NCBI GenBank assembly: GCA_002842735.1
Contig: PHEB01000020.1
Location: 579 to 64,578 of the forward strand
Reading direction: 5' to 3'
Origin: Alphaproteobacteria bacterium HGW-Alphaproteobacteria-7
GTDB lineage: Bacteria > Pseudomonadota > Alphaproteobacteria > Sphingomonadales > Sphingomonadaceae
DNA: 64,000 bases
Each line of letters begins with the position of its first letter. Position 1 is the first letter of the stretch. This document shows positions 42,316-53,199 of the stretch, piece after piece. The notes under the pieces are model-generated. The model had not been told where the DNA came from. It did no database searches and saw only the letters and a list, made by a program, of their open reading frames with translations. The position numbers and the translations under genes are program-made.

Positions 42316-43335
42316 ATGACCCTTGCCAAGCCCTTCCTGTCGGACAATGCCGCCGCCGTCCACCCCCGACTGTGGGAAGCGATGCGCGCAGCCGACCATC
42401 CGGATAATCCCTATGATGGCGATTCGCTTTCGGGGGAACTGGACGCACGCTTTACCGCATTGTTCGGGCGCGAATGCGCCGCGCTGTGGGTGGCGACCGG
42501 GACGGCAGCCAACTGCCTTGCACTGGCGACGATGTGCGCCCCCCACGGCGGGGTAGTGTGCCACCATGAGGCGCATATCGAGGTCGACGAAGGCGGCGCG
42601 TCGGGGTTTTTCCTCCACGGTGCCAAGCTGATGCTGGCAGACGGCGATGGCGCAAAGCTGACGCCGGAAGGCATAGCCGCGCTGATCGATCCGATCCGCA
42701 ATGATGTGCATCAAGTGCAGCCGCACGCCATCGCGATCACGCAGGCGAGTGAATATGGCCGCACCTACACGGCGGTCGAGCTGGCGGCGCTGGGTGCCTT
42801 TGCCAAGCAACGGCGGCTGGGTCTGCACATGGACGGAGCGCGCTTTGCCAATGCGGCAGCTTTCCTTGGCGGCAGCGCAAAGGATGCGGCACGCGCGGCG
42901 AGCGGCTCGGTCGACAGTCTTTCCTTCGGGTTCATCAAGAACGGCGGCATGGGCGCGGAGGCGGTGGTGCTGTTCGAACCCGAAGCCGCCATGCAAGTCC
43001 GATATCGCCGCAAGCGCGCGGGGCACCTGCAATGCAAGGGCCGCTATCTTGCCGCGCAGATTCTTGCGATGCTGGATGGCGACTTGTGGCTCGCCAATGC
43101 CGTGCACGCCAATGCCGCTGCACAGGAAGTGGCGGCAGGTTGCGGCGACCGATTGCTTCACCCGGTTGAGGCCAACGAATTGTTCGTGCGGTTGAGCGAG
43201 GCTGAACGCGCTTCGTTACGCGCGCAAGATTTCGCCTTTTACGATTGGGGCACCAACGCCGCCCGCTTCGTCACCGCGTGGAGCACTCGTGCAGAGGACG
43301 CCCAGACGCTTGGCAAGGCCATCGCCGCACTATGA
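42316..43335 (+). CDS. low-specificity threonine aldolase / beta-eliminating lyase family, PLP-dependent
   Basis: FLSDNAAAVHP, TGTAANCLAL, HMDGARFANA, SFGFIKNGG. Confidence 0.85.
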   Translation: MTLAKPFLSDNAAAVHPRLWEAMRAADHPDNPYDGDSLSGELDARFTALFGRECAALWVATGTAANCLALATMCAPHGGVVCHHEAHIEVDEGGASGFFLHGAKLMLADGDGAKLTPEGIAALIDPIRNDVHQVQPHAIAITQASEYGRTYTAVELAALGAFAKQRRLGLHMDGARFANAAAFLGGSAKDAARAASGSVDSLSFGFIKNGGMGAEAVVLFEPEAAMQVRYRRKRAGHLQCKGRYLAAQILAMLDGDLWLANAVHANAAAQEVAAGCGDRLLHPVEANELFVRLSEAERASLRAQDFAFYDWGTNAARFVTAWSTRAEDAQTLGKAIAAL

Positions 43336-44294
43336 CGTCAGCCCCCGCGCCGACGACTTTCGGCCCCTCAATGCTCAGCCCCAAGGTGCTGGTCCCGTTC
43401 ATGCTGACTGGCACGATCTGGGGGTCAACCTGGTTTGTGATTACGGGACAGATCGACGGAGTGCCTGCGGCGTGGAGCGTCTTCTACCGCTTCCTGCTGG
43501 CGACACCGGCGCTGTTTTTGCTGGCTGTGATGATGGGCAATCGATTGAGGCTGGGCCGGGCCGAACATCTGTTGGCGCTCGGTGTCGGCATCGCGCAGTT
43601 CAGCGGCAATTTCCTGTTCGTCTATCATGCGGAAAGCCACATCACCTCGGGCATCGTCGCGGTAATGTTCGCGCTGCTGATGGTGCCTAATGCATTGTTC
43701 GCGAAGGTGTTCATCGGCGAAAAAGTGCAAGGCGGCTTCATCGGCGGGAGCCTTGTGGCGATTGCCGGCGTGACGATGTTACTGGTGCACGAATGGCGCG
43801 TGGCTCCGCTGGACGGTAATGTCGGGCTGGGGATTGCGCTGGCGATTGGAGGGATGTTGGCGGCGTCGATTGCCAATGTGGTGCAGGCCAACCCCACCGG
43901 ACGCGCGGTGCCGATGGTCAGCTTGCTGGCATGGGCAATGCTGTATGGCACGATCTTCGATCTCGGATTTGCGCTGCTGACCGCTGGCCCTCCGGCGGTG
44001 CCGAGCGGCTGGCAGTTCTGGGCGGGGACGGCTTATCTCGCCATCATCGGATCGGTTGTGACCTTCCCGCTGCACTACAATCTGGTGCGTCAGATCGGCG
44101 CTGGAAAAACGGCCTATAACGGGATCGTGACGGTTTGCGTGGCGATGCTGTTGTCGACTTTGTTCGAAGGCTATCGTTGGACGTGGCTAACCGCGAGCGG
44201 CGCGGCACTGGCGTTGTTGGGCATGGGTTTGGCTCTCAGAGCGCGGCGGGTGAAGGCAGTCCAGGTGCAGCAGAGCGGGGCGCTGCGGCGCTAA
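43332..44294 (+). CDS. DMT-superfamily (EamA-like) transporter
   Basis: ATG 43332 overlaps the upstream stop (ATGA). About 10 TM segments. WGSTWFVI, FPLHYNLVRQIGAGKTAY. Confidence 0.8.
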   Translation: MTSAPAPTTFGPSMLSPKVLVPFMLTGTIWGSTWFVITGQIDGVPAAWSVFYRFLLATPALFLLAVMMGNRLRLGRAEHLLALGVGIAQFSGNFLFVYHAESHITSGIVAVMFALLMVPNALFAKVFIGEKVQGGFIGGSLVAIAGVTMLLVHEWRVAPLDGNVGLGIALAIGGMLAASIANVVQANPTGRAVPMVSLLAWAMLYGTIFDLGFALLTAGPPAVPSGWQFWAGTAYLAIIGSVVTFPLHYNLVRQIGAGKTAYNGIVTVCVAMLLSTLFEGYRWTWLTASGAALALLGMGLALRARRVKAVQVQQSGALRR

Positions 44295-44304
44295 GCCCAC
44301 CTCT

Positions 44305-44406
44305 CGTCATTGCGAGCGAAGCGAAGCAATCCATGGCCTGACGTTGCGTCAACAGGTACCGGCCGATCATGGATTGCCGCGTCGCCTCCGGCTCCTCGCA
44401 ATGACG
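44305..44406. repeat. palindromic intergenic element, copy 2 (opposite orientation to 38719-38819)
   Basis: CGTCATTGCGAGCGAAGCGAAGCAATCCAT ... ATGGATTGCCGCGTCGCCTCCGGCTCCTCGCAATGACG. It occupies the spacer between convergent stops 44294 and 44409. Confidence 0.85.
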
Positions 44407-44408
44407 AG

Positions 44409-45203
44409 TTAGAGTAGGCCCGCTAGCCCCTCCACATAGGTCGGAAATCGCGGTCGCCAGCCGAGCACCCGCTTGGCCTTGCCGTTGGCGACCCGGCGGT
44501 TTTCAGCATAGAACCCGCGCGCCATTTCCGACAGGTTGGCCTCCTCAAGGCTTTCGAGCGGTGGCGGCGCCACGCCCAGCAAACGGCAGGCGTGTTCGGT
44601 CACTTCATTGCCGCTGCACGGCAGGTCATCGCCAATATTATAGGCACCTGGCGGTGCGTCCTGTGTCAGAGCGGCGACGACGGCGCTGGCAATGTCATCG
44701 ACATGGACGCGGCTGAACACCTGCCCCTGCAAATCGATCCGCCGCGCCTTCCTTTCGCGCACTCGATCAAGCGCGCTGCGCCCCGGCCCGTAGATCCCCG
44801 GCAGCCGGAACACCCGCGCGCCGATGTTCAGCCATGCGAGGTCAGCCTCGGCGCGAGCGTTTCTTCTTCCCTCTCCTGATTGCGCAATGGTGGGCGTCGC
44901 CTCGTCCACCCACGCGCCTTGCCGGTCGCCGTAAACTCCGGTCGACGAGAGGTAGAACAGCGGCTTGCCCGCGAGCGCATCGCCATAGCTATCCAGCACC
45001 GGATCGCCGCCGGTCGCGCGGTCTGGCGGGACGGAGGAGAGAATGTGGCTCGCCTCCCCCAACGCTGCGATCACAGCCTCACGATTGGCAAAGGCGATGT
45101 TGCCCGCGCTGCCGGTTGCGCTGACCTGCCAGCCGCGCGCCCGCATCACCCCAGCAATGCGCCCAGCAGTGTAACCCAACCCGAAAATCAGCAATCTGCT
45201 CAT
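44409..45203 (-). CDS. NAD(P)-binding Rossmann-fold protein (atypical SDR / epimerase-like)
   Basis: LLIFGLGYTAGRI, YLSSTGVYG, FRLPGIYGPGR, HVDDIA. Confidence 0.75.
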   Translation of the reverse strand: MSRLLIFGLGYTAGRIAGVMRARGWQVSATGSAGNIAFANREAVIAALGEASHILSSVPPDRATGGDPVLDSYGDALAGKPLFYLSSTGVYGDRQGAWVDEATPTIAQSGEGRRNARAEADLAWLNIGARVFRLPGIYGPGRSALDRVRERKARRIDLQGQVFSRVHVDDIASAVVAALTQDAPPGAYNIGDDLPCSGNEVTEHACRLLGVAPPPLESLEEANLSEMARGFYAENRRVANGKAKRVLGWRPRFPTYVEGLAGLL

Positions 45204-45297
45204 GCACCAACCTTGCCGTTCGCCTCATGCGAAGTCGAGAGGCTTTGGCGCAATGGTGTCTCGACTTCGCGCGGCACGAACGGGTAAAGGGCTCGGC

Positions 45298-47961
45298 ATG
45301 GATATCGCAACCACCCCCACCACCCCTGACGGCAACCCCGAACTCGCGGATGCCGCCCCCGCCCCGCGCGATCCCCCGGTGATCCGGCGCGAGGATTACC
45401 GACCATACCCGTGGCGCGTGCCGACGACACATCTCGACTTCCAGCTGGGGCTTGAGGCGACGCAGGTCACCGCGACCCTGACGGTCGAACGCAACCCCGC
45501 CGCCGAACCCAGCCGCGAACTGCGCCTCAACGGCGACAGCCTCACCGCGCTAAGCGTCACCATCGACGGCACGCCTGCGGACTGGCGCATGGACGGCTCC
45601 GATCTCGTTCTCACCCTGCCCGGCGACAAGCACACGGTCGCAATCGTCACCACCATCGACCCTGCCGCCAACACCCAGCTGATGGGCCTCTATGCCTCGA
45701 ACGGAATGCTCTGCACCCAGTGCGAGGCCGAGGGCTTCCGCCGCATCACGTTCTTCCCTGACCGGCCCGATGTGCTGTCGACCTACACCGTGCGGATGGC
45801 GGGCGACACATCGGCATTCCCGGTATTGCTGTGCAACGGCAACCGCGTGGCCGAGGGTGTGAACGGCGATGGCACCCATTGGGCTGAATGGCACGATCCC
45901 TGGCCCAAGCCGTCCTATCTGTTCGCGCTGGTGGCGGGCGATCTGGTGGCCAATTCCAAACCCTTCACCACCACATCCGGGCGCTCAGTCGAATGCAACA
46001 TCTGGGTGCGGGCCGATGACCTCGCGCGCACCGACCATGCGCTCGAATCGCTTCATCGCGCGATGAAGTGGGACGAGGACGTGTTCGGGCGCGAATATGA
46101 CCTTGATCTCTACAACATCGTCGCCGTGTCCGATTTCAACATGGGAGCGATGGAGAACAAGGGGCTCAACGTCTTCAACACCAAATATGTGCTGGCCGAC
46201 CCCGATACCGCGACCGATGGCGACTTTGATGCAGTCGAAGGCGTGATTGCGCACGAATATTTCCACAACTGGTCGGGCAACCGCGTGACCTGCCGCGACT
46301 GGTTCCAGCTTTCGCTGAAAGAAGGCTTCACCGTGCTGCGCGACCAATTGTTCTCGCAGGATATGCAGGGTGAGGCGGTCAAACGGATCGAGGATGTGCG
46401 CATCCTTCGCGGCGCGCAGTTCCCCGAGGATGCCGGGCCGCTTGCCCACCCGATCCGGCCCGACTCTTATCGCGAAATCAGCAATTTCTACACCGCCACT
46501 GTCTATAACAAGGGCGCCGAAGTCATCCGCATGATGCGTTCGATGGCGGGGTTGGAGCGGTTCCGCCAAGGCACCGATCTCTACTTCGATCGCCACGATG
46601 GCGAGGCGGCGACCTGTGAGGATTTCGTGCGCGCGATCGAAGACGGAGCGGGGCTTGATCTCACCCAGTTCCGGCGCTGGTATTCGCAGGCCGGAACGCC
46701 GCGTGTGGTAGTGTCGCAGGCGGCAAGCGGCGACACACTGACACTGACGCTGAAACAAACCATCCCCGCCACCCCCGGCCAGCCCGACAAACACCCAATG
46801 CCGATCCCGCTGCGGGTGGCGGTGCATTCGCGGAGCACCGGCGTGCTGGGTGCAGAACAGTTGATCGTGCTCGCCAACGCGCAGCAGAGCTTTACCTTGC
46901 CGCTGGCTGGCCCCGATCCGGTGGTGTCGATCAACCGCGGCTTCACCGCCCCGGTGGTGATTGATCGAGCTTTGGTGCGCGAAGACCTCGTGTTCCTCGC
47001 CGCGCAGGATGACGATCCTTTCGCCCGTTCCGAAGCTTTGCAGGAACTCGCCGTCAGCCATCTTGTCGGCACCGCGAGCGGTGAATTGTCGGTCGACGAA
47101 ATGGCCGCAGGTGAGGCGGCGATCATCGGCGCATTCCGGTCGAGCTTGGCTGATGCTGCGCTCGACGATGCAATGCGCGGTGAATTGATGGTGCTGCCGT
47201 CAGAAAACTACCTGTTCGAAGTCATGGCCACAGGCGACCGGTTGGCCGACCCCGGCGCGATCCACGCTGCACGCGAAGGGTTGAAGGCCGCCATCGGCGC
47301 CGCGTTGGCAGATGATGTGCTGGCGCTTCACGCGCGCGCTTCGGCGGTCACGCTCGATGATCCGGCGGGACGCGGTGCGCGCAAGGTTAAGACTGCGGCG
47401 CTCGCGCTGATCGCGGCCGCCGATCCGGCCCGCGCCGCCACGCTGGCCGCGCAGCAATATGACGCGGCGGACAACATGACCGACCGGCAAGGCGCGCTGA
47501 TGGTGCTGTGCGGGCTGGATTGTCCCGAACGTGAAGACCGGCTGGCGGCGTTCTATGATCGCTACCAGCACAACCCGTTGGTGGTGGACAAGTGGTTCAC
47601 TTTGCAAGCACTCTCGCTCCACCCCGATGTGATCGCGCAGGTTCGCGAGTTGGCCAAACACCCGGACTTCACCATGAAGAACCCCAACCGGGTGCGCTCT
47701 CTGCACATGGCGTTCGCGGGCAATCCCAAGGGTTTCCATGCAGCCAACGGCGAAGGCTACCGGATGGTGGCTGACGTGATTCTCGCGCTTGATCCGATCA
47801 ACCCGCAGACCGCAGCGCGGTTTGTCCCGTCACTCGGGCGCTGGCGGCGGATCGAGCCGGTGCGCGCGGCATTAATGAAGGGCGAGCTTGAGCGGATCGC
47901 GGCGGCAGGAAACCTCTCACGCGATACGTTTGAACAGGTCAGCCGCAGCCTCGATGGCTGA
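45298..47961 (+). CDS. pepN: aminopeptidase N
   Basis: GAMENKGLNVFN, HEYFHNWSGNRVTCRDWFQLSLKEGFT (HEXXH-E), 887 aa from ATG 45298. Confidence 0.93.
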   Translation: MDIATTPTTPDGNPELADAAPAPRDPPVIRREDYRPYPWRVPTTHLDFQLGLEATQVTATLTVERNPAAEPSRELRLNGDSLTALSVTIDGTPADWRMDGSDLVLTLPGDKHTVAIVTTIDPAANTQLMGLYASNGMLCTQCEAEGFRRITFFPDRPDVLSTYTVRMAGDTSAFPVLLCNGNRVAEGVNGDGTHWAEWHDPWPKPSYLFALVAGDLVANSKPFTTTSGRSVECNIWVRADDLARTDHALESLHRAMKWDEDVFGREYDLDLYNIVAVSDFNMGAMENKGLNVFNTKYVLADPDTATDGDFDAVEGVIAHEYFHNWSGNRVTCRDWFQLSLKEGFTVLRDQLFSQDMQGEAVKRIEDVRILRGAQFPEDAGPLAHPIRPDSYREISNFYTATVYNKGAEVIRMMRSMAGLERFRQGTDLYFDRHDGEAATCEDFVRAIEDGAGLDLTQFRRWYSQAGTPRVVVSQAASGDTLTLTLKQTIPATPGQPDKHPMPIPLRVAVHSRSTGVLGAEQLIVLANAQQSFTLPLAGPDPVVSINRGFTAPVVIDRALVREDLVFLAAQDDDPFARSEALQELAVSHLVGTASGELSVDEMAAGEAAIIGAFRSSLADAALDDAMRGELMVLPSENYLFEVMATGDRLADPGAIHAAREGLKAAIGAALADDVLALHARASAVTLDDPAGRGARKVKTAALALIAAADPARAATLAAQQYDAADNMTDRQGALMVLCGLDCPEREDRLAAFYDRYQHNPLVVDKWFTLQALSLHPDVIAQVRELAKHPDFTMKNPNRVRSLHMAFAGNPKGFHAANGEGYRMVADVILALDPINPQTAARFVPSLGRWRRIEPVRAALMKGELERIAAAGNLSRDTFEQVSRSLDG

Positions 47962-48715
47962 GATGCCCCCCTTTGCCATCGAGCGTTCAGTGGTGCTGGA
48001 CGGCATCCCGCACGGCTTTTTCGGCAGTGCAGGCGGCGCGCATCAATTCGGCTTTGGCGGGCCGGGCGATGCTGCGGATGTAAGGACGCTGCGAGCGGAA
48101 GCGGCAAATGCGATCCTGCCTGGCGGGCGGCTGGCCGCGCCGCATCAGGTGCATTCGCCCGATGTTGTGGTGGTGGATAATGCCTGGGATGATGCTGCCC
48201 AAGGTCGCCCGGTGGCCGATGCGGTTGTAACTGCCAAGCCCGGCATCGTGCTGGGCATCGTGACCGCTGATTGTGCGCCCATCTTGCTGGCTGACCGCGC
48301 GGCAGGGGTGATTGGCGCGGCCCATGCCGGGTGGCGCGGCGCGGTGGGCGGCGTGCTCAAAAATACTGTCGCCGCGATGGAGCGCCTTGGCGCACGGCGA
48401 AGCGCAATCACGGCAGTGATCGGGCCGACCATCGCGCAGGCCAGCTACGAAGTGGACGCGGCCTTCCGCGCGCAATTCGATACCGCCGCGAACCGCTTTT
48501 TTGCGCCCGCACCGGAGCGTGAAGGCATTGTGCGCTGGTATTTTGATCTTGCTGGCTACATCGTCGCAAAATTGGCCGATGCTGGCATTGCTGAAATTGC
48601 TGATATCGGCAGAGATACGTTCTGCGACGTTGCACATTACCATTCCTACCGCCGCTCGGCCCAAGTGGGCGAAGGTAATTATGGACGACAAATCAGCATG
48701 ATAGCGCTTCCCTGA
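47954..48715 (+). CDS. pgeF: peptidoglycan editing factor PgeF (YfiH/laccase-domain family)
   Basis: QVHSPDVVVV, TADCAPILL, AAHAGWRG, CDVAHYHSYRR. The ATG overlaps the pepN 3' end. Confidence 0.88.
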   Translation: MAEMPPFAIERSVVLDGIPHGFFGSAGGAHQFGFGGPGDAADVRTLRAEAANAILPGGRLAAPHQVHSPDVVVVDNAWDDAAQGRPVADAVVTAKPGIVLGIVTADCAPILLADRAAGVIGAAHAGWRGAVGGVLKNTVAAMERLGARRSAITAVIGPTIAQASYEVDAAFRAQFDTAANRFFAPAPEREGIVRWYFDLAGYIVAKLADAGIAEIADIGRDTFCDVAHYHSYRRSAQVGEGNYGRQISMIALP

Positions 48716-48946
48716 CGCGGGTTTTCACACTGACGAACAGGCCTTGAATAAAACACAGTTGGATTTTTGAGCGATTGCCGTTAATTGCCCCCGCGAGTTC
48801 CGGGTGGGTTGGGTAGCAAACGCTCATGCTGTCCGGAGCAGGGATCAATAAGGCGTATCACGTCGGAGGCATCAGCCTTCGAAACTGGAACACCACGCTG
48901 CGCAAGGCATCAGATCCGCGCGGCAACACGAGCAGGGTATTTAACG

Positions 48947-49528
48947 ATGGCTGAAATGAGCGGTGCGACCACTCCCGCAGGTGCCTCGGAAATGACGGAA
49001 GGCGCAGATGGCATCCGTCGTCGCGACTGGATTCACATCGCTGCATTGAGCACAGCGGGCGTAGGCGGGGCATCGTTGCTGTTCCCGCTGGTGAGCCAGA
49101 TGAGCCCCTCGGCCGATGTGTTGGCGCAGGGCAGCACCGAAGTCGATGTGAGTGCGATCGAGGCGGGGCAGGCCATCAAGACGATGTTCCGCAAGCAGCC
49201 GCTGTTTGTTCGCCGCCTCACGGCGGAAGAGATAGACGAGGCCAATGCTGTTGATATTTCAACCCTGCGCGATCCGCAGACCCTGGCTGAGCGCACCAAG
49301 GAAGGGCATGGAGACATGCTCATTACAATGGGCGTTTGCACCCACCTAGGCTGCGTGCCGTTAGGTGCTGGCGAAGGTGAAAACCGCGGCGAATATGGTG
49401 GCTACTTCTGTCCCTGCCATGGTTCGCATTACGACACCGCAGCGCGCATCCGCAAAGGCCCGGCACCGCTCAATCTGGTAGTGCCCGAATACGAGTTCAC
49501 GTCCGATACCGTAGTCCGCGTCGGCTGA
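48947..49528 (+). CDS. petA: ubiquinol-cytochrome c reductase Rieske iron-sulfur subunit
   Basis: Tat-like RRRDW, CTHLGCVP, CPCHGSHYD. Confidence 0.93.
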   Translation: MAEMSGATTPAGASEMTEGADGIRRRDWIHIAALSTAGVGGASLLFPLVSQMSPSADVLAQGSTEVDVSAIEAGQAIKTMFRKQPLFVRRLTAEEIDEANAVDISTLRDPQTLAERTKEGHGDMLITMGVCTHLGCVPLGAGEGENRGEYGGYFCPCHGSHYDTAARIRKGPAPLNLVVPEYEFTSDTVVRVG

Positions 49529-49595
49529 TCCCGCATAATTGAATGACAATGGCCACCTATCCGATCCGTAACATCGATCAATTCGAGAGAACGCT

Positions 49596-50885
49596 ATGAG
49601 TTTCGCCTGGGCAAAGCAGTACGAGCCGCAATCCGCTTTCACCAAGTGGCTTGATGAGAAATTGCCGCTTCCGCGTCTCGTCTACAATGCGGTTGGCGCC
49701 GGTTATCCGGTGCCGCGCAACCTTAACTACATGTGGAATTTCGGCGTGCTCGCCGGGTTCTTCCTGATGGTGCAGATTGTTACCGGGGTTGTTCTGGCGA
49801 TGCATTATGCCGCCAATTCCGAGGTCGCATTCGGAACGGTCGAACACATTATGCGCAACGTCAACTACGGCTGGATGTTGCGTTACGCCCACGCCAACGG
49901 CGCGAGCTTCTTCTTCATTGTGATCTACCTGCACATTTTCCGCGGGTTCTTCTATTCATCTTACAAAGCCCCGCGCGAGATGATCTGGCTGCTGGGCGTG
50001 GTGATCTTCCTGCTGATGATGGCAACCGCCTTCATGGGCTACGTGCTTCCGTGGGGCCAGATGAGCTTCTGGGGCGCGCAGGTGATCACCGGCCTGTTCA
50101 GCGCCATCCCGATGGTGGGTGAGCCGCTGCAGGTGTGGCTGCTGGGCGGGTTTGCTCCTGATAACGCCGCGCTCAACCGTTTCTTCTCACTGCACTTCCT
50201 GCTGCCGTTTGTGATTGCGGGGGTTGTGATCCTCCACATCTGGGCGCTGCACATCCCCGGTTCGTCAAATCCTACCGGCGTGGAAGTGAAGCAGGAATCG
50301 GACACCGTGCCGTTCCACCCCTACTACACGGCGAAGGATGGTTTCGGACTGGGCGTGGTCCTTATCCTCTTTACAGCATTGGTGTTTTTTCTGCCCAACG
50401 CGCTGGGCCATCCCGATAACTATATCGAGGCCAACCCGCTCTCGACCCCGGCACACATCGTTCCCGAATGGTATTTCTGGCCGTTTTACGCGATCTTACG
50501 TGCCTTCACTGGCGATCTTGCTATCCCGTTCACCAGCATTGTTTTGATCCCGGCAAAGCTGCTGGGGGTGATTGCGATGTTCGGTTCCATCCTGATGTGG
50601 TTCTTCCTGCCGTGGCTGGATAAAAGCCCGGTGCGTTCGGGTCATTATCGCCCACTGTTCCGCAAATTCTTCTGGTTCGGTTTGATCCCAACTATGGCGG
50701 TGTTGTTCTATTGCGGCGGCGCGCCAGCAGAAGAGCCGTTCGTCATTCTCAGCCAGATCGCGACAGCATATTACTTCCTGCACTTCCTCGTGATCCTGCC
50801 GATTGTAAGCCAGATCGAAGTGCCTAAGCCGCTGCCCTTCTCGATCACCGAAGCGGTGACGGGCAAGGATAAGCCGGCCGAGTAA
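49596..50885 (+). CDS. petB: cytochrome b
   Basis: [42 protein letters not shown]. Confidence 0.93.
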   Translation: MSFAWAKQYEPQSAFTKWLDEKLPLPRLVYNAVGAGYPVPRNLNYMWNFGVLAGFFLMVQIVTGVVLAMHYAANSEVAFGTVEHIMRNVNYGWMLRYAHANGASFFFIVIYLHIFRGFFYSSYKAPREMIWLLGVVIFLLMMATAFMGYVLPWGQMSFWGAQVITGLFSAIPMVGEPLQVWLLGGFAPDNAALNRFFSLHFLLPFVIAGVVILHIWALHIPGSSNPTGVEVKQESDTVPFHPYYTAKDGFGLGVVLILFTALVFFLPNALGHPDNYIEANPLSTPAHIVPEWYFWPFYAILRAFTGDLAIPFTSIVLIPAKLLGVIAMFGSILMWFFLPWLDKSPVRSGHYRPLFRKFFWFGLIPTMAVLFYCGGAPAEEPFVILSQIATAYYFLHFLVILPIVSQIEVPKPLPFSITEAVTGKDKPAE

Positions 50886-50939
50886 TCGGTCGGGGCAGTT
50901 CTCACGCAATTTGATCCGATAACCAGAAAGAGTTCGGTC

Positions 50940-51797
50940 ATGACTATTCGCCTCGGAGGTATCATCGCCGGCCTCGCCATCACTGCGGTGCTGGTGCTGT
51001 GGTCGCTGGTGCCAGGTTTCATGAACTTCGCATTCGGCCCCGCACCGGAACAGCAGCCTTCCTATGCCTTCTATGAACATGGAGGCGGGCCTGAAGGCGG
51101 CTTCTCGTTTGACGGCCCGCTTGGCACTTGGGACGTTGCCCAACTGCAGCGCGGATATCAGGTTTACAAAGAAGTCTGTTCGGCGTGCCACAGCCTGAAG
51201 TTCGTGGCGTTCCGCAACCTGCGGCAGCTCAGCTACACCGAAGCGGAAGTGGACGCCGAAGCGAAAAGCTGGACGGTGCCGGGGATCGATCCGAACACTG
51301 GTGAAAACACCACCCGTCCGGGTAATCCGACCGATCATTTCCCGATGCCATACCCCAATGCGATCGCCGCAGCAGCAGCGAACAACAATGCCATCCCGCC
51401 CGACCTTTCGCTGATTACCAAGGCGCGGCATGACGGATCGAACTACGTCTATGATCTGTTGACCGGTTATGGAGAGCCTGATGCTGCAAAGGCGGCCAAG
51501 GTCGGTTTTGAAACCCCGGCTGGCCTGCACTTCAACAAGCACTTCCCCAACGTCAATATCGCGATGGCTCCGCCGCTCGCGATTGACGGCCAGGTAACCT
51601 ATGCTGATGGAACCGAAGCGACCATTCCGCAGATGGCGACCGACGTTGCGGCGTTCCTGACCTGGACGGCAGAGCCTTCGTTGGTCGAGCGCAAGCAGAC
51701 CGGCTGGTTCGTGCTTGGCTTCCTGCTGTTCGCCACCGCGCTGGCATTCCTGTCGTACAAGCAGATCTGGGCCGGGATGAAGCCCAAGAAAAAGTAA
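50940..51797 (+). CDS. petC: cytochrome c1
   Basis: Haem motif CSACHSL, PPDLSLITKAR, C-terminal TM anchor. Confidence 0.9.
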   Translation: MTIRLGGIIAGLAITAVLVLWSLVPGFMNFAFGPAPEQQPSYAFYEHGGGPEGGFSFDGPLGTWDVAQLQRGYQVYKEVCSACHSLKFVAFRNLRQLSYTEAEVDAEAKSWTVPGIDPNTGENTTRPGNPTDHFPMPYPNAIAAAAANNNAIPPDLSLITKARHDGSNYVYDLLTGYGEPDAAKAAKVGFETPAGLHFNKHFPNVNIAMAPPLAIDGQVTYADGTEATIPQMATDVAAFLTWTAEPSLVERKQTGWFVLGFLLFATALAFLSYKQIWAGMKPKKK

Positions 51798-51823
51798 GTC
51801 TTCCCGTTCAATGCAAACGCCAA

Positions 51824-51867
51824 GAGCGCCCCATCGTCCCCTGCGGATTGTGGGGCGCTCCGCTTTT
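51824..51867 (+). terminator. intrinsic terminator of petABC
   Basis: Perfect 10-bp stem GAGCGCCCCA(51824-51833)/TGGGGCGCTC(51851-51860), followed by CGCTTTT. Confidence 0.7.
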
Positions 51868-51894
51868 AACGTGCCGCAAAGGGGCCTTTTTGAC

Positions 51895-52446
51895 ATGACA
51901 CCTCCGCATCTCTCTCCCGCAGAGCTAAAGACGCTGGTGCGCACGGTTCCCGATTTCCCCCAGCCTGGCATCCTGTTTCGCGATATCACCACGCTGATCG
52001 GCCACCCCCAGGGCATGGCGGCGAGCGTGCATCATCTTGCCGAGTGGGCTGATGTGGCAGGCGCGCACAAGATTGCGGGGATGGAAGCGCGCGGATTCAT
52101 TTTCGGCGCGGCGGTGGCGGTGCAGCTAGGTGTCGGCTTCGTGCCTGTGCGAAAGCCGGGCAAACTGCCGATCGCGACCATCGGTATCGACTACGCGCTT
52201 GAATACGGCATCGATCGGCTGGAAATGGATCCGGGCGCGATTGAGCCAGGGCAGAAAGTGGTGATTGTCGATGATCTGATCGCGACCGGAGGCACAGCGT
52301 TGGCCTCAGCGCAGCTGCTGCGCAAGGCGGGCGCGGTGATCGAAGCGGCGCTGTTCGTGATCGACCTGCCTGACCTTGGCGGTGCAGCGCGGCTACGCGA
52401 TGCCGGGATTGCGGTCAGTGCGCTGATGGAATTCGAAGGCGACTGA
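51895..52446 (+). CDS. apt: adenine phosphoribosyltransferase
   Basis: FPQPGILFRDITTL, EARGFIFG, VVIVDDLIATGGT. Confidence 0.92.
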   Translation: MTPPHLSPAELKTLVRTVPDFPQPGILFRDITTLIGHPQGMAASVHHLAEWADVAGAHKIAGMEARGFIFGAAVAVQLGVGFVPVRKPGKLPIATIGIDYALEYGIDRLEMDPGAIEPGQKVVIVDDLIATGGTALASAQLLRKAGAVIEAALFVIDLPDLGGAARLRDAGIAVSALMEFEGD

Positions 52447-53199
52447 TCAGCTGAGCTTGGCCACTTCAGCCAGCACCTTCTGCGCCCATTCGGGGCGACA
52501 GATTAGCAGATCGGGCATGTAGGTATCGGCTTGATTGTAAACCAGCGGCGATCCGTCGATCCGCGAACAATGCAGCCCGTGTGCCCGCGCCACTGCCACT
52601 GGCGCGCAGCTGTCCCATTCGTATTGTCCGCCCGAATGCAGATAGACCTCGGCCTCGCCGCGCACCACCGCCATCGCCTTGGCCCCCGCGCTGCCCATCG
52701 GCACCAGCGTTCCGCCAAGCACACTAGCCACCGCCTCAGCTTCGCGCGCGGGCCGGGTGCGGCTGACGACAAAGCGCGGTTGGGGGGCCATCGGAGCAAG
52801 CGGCGTCGGCGCGTCCGAGCGTAGCACCACCCCGCCATCCAGTCCGGGAAGCGCCACCGCACCCAGCACCGCGATCCCATCAACCGCAAGCGCGACATGG
52901 ACCGCCCAATCGGCGCGGGCCTCGCCATATTCGCGGGTGCCATCGACCGGATCGATAATCCACACCCGGCTTTGGGTCAGGCGTGCGGCGTTGTCCTTTT
53001 CCTCTTCCGACAGCAGGCCATCATCGGGCCGGGCGGCGCGGATCGCGTGGCACAAAAACTGGTTGGCCGCCGCATCGCCTGCCGCGCCAAGCGCTTTGCC
53101 TGCAAGCAGCCCGCTGGCCCGCACATCCACCAGCAATCGCCCCGCAGCCTGCGCCAGCCGCGCTGCCAATTCGCCGTCACTCAATCCCGGCGTATTCAT
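52447..53199 (-). CDS. cysQ: 3'(2'),5'-bisphosphate nucleotidase
   Basis: [26 protein letters not shown]. The ATG overlaps the cysNC stop. Confidence 0.85.
   Translation of the reverse strand: MNTPGLSDGELAARLAQAAGRLLVDVRASGLLAGKALGAAGDAAANQFLCHAIRAARPDDGLLSEEEKDNAARLTQSRVWIIDPVDGTREYGEARADWAVHVALAVDGIAVLGAVALPGLDGGVVLRSDAPTPLAPMAPQPRFVVSRTRPAREAEAVASVLGGTLVPMGSAGAKAMAVVRGEAEVYLHSGGQYEWDSCAPVAVARAHGLHCSRIDGSPLVYNQADTYMPDLLICRPEWAQKVLAEVAKLS

Noticed and set aside
42286-43161. Upper 292 codons of the 413-aa minus ORF 41920..43161.
   Set aside because: They lie antisense to the well-supported threonine aldolase gene. Only the last 121 codons (GNAT-like) look genuine.
50496-52016. 506-aa minus-strand ORF spanning petB, petC and the apt start.
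   Set aside because: It crosses two intergenic regions and a terminator. It is a shadow of strongly supported plus-strand genes.
52441-52452. The apt and cysQ stop codons abut as the palindrome TGATCA with zero spacer.
   Set aside because: It is a curiosity of convergent gene packing. I see no additional structure or repeat to suggest a function.
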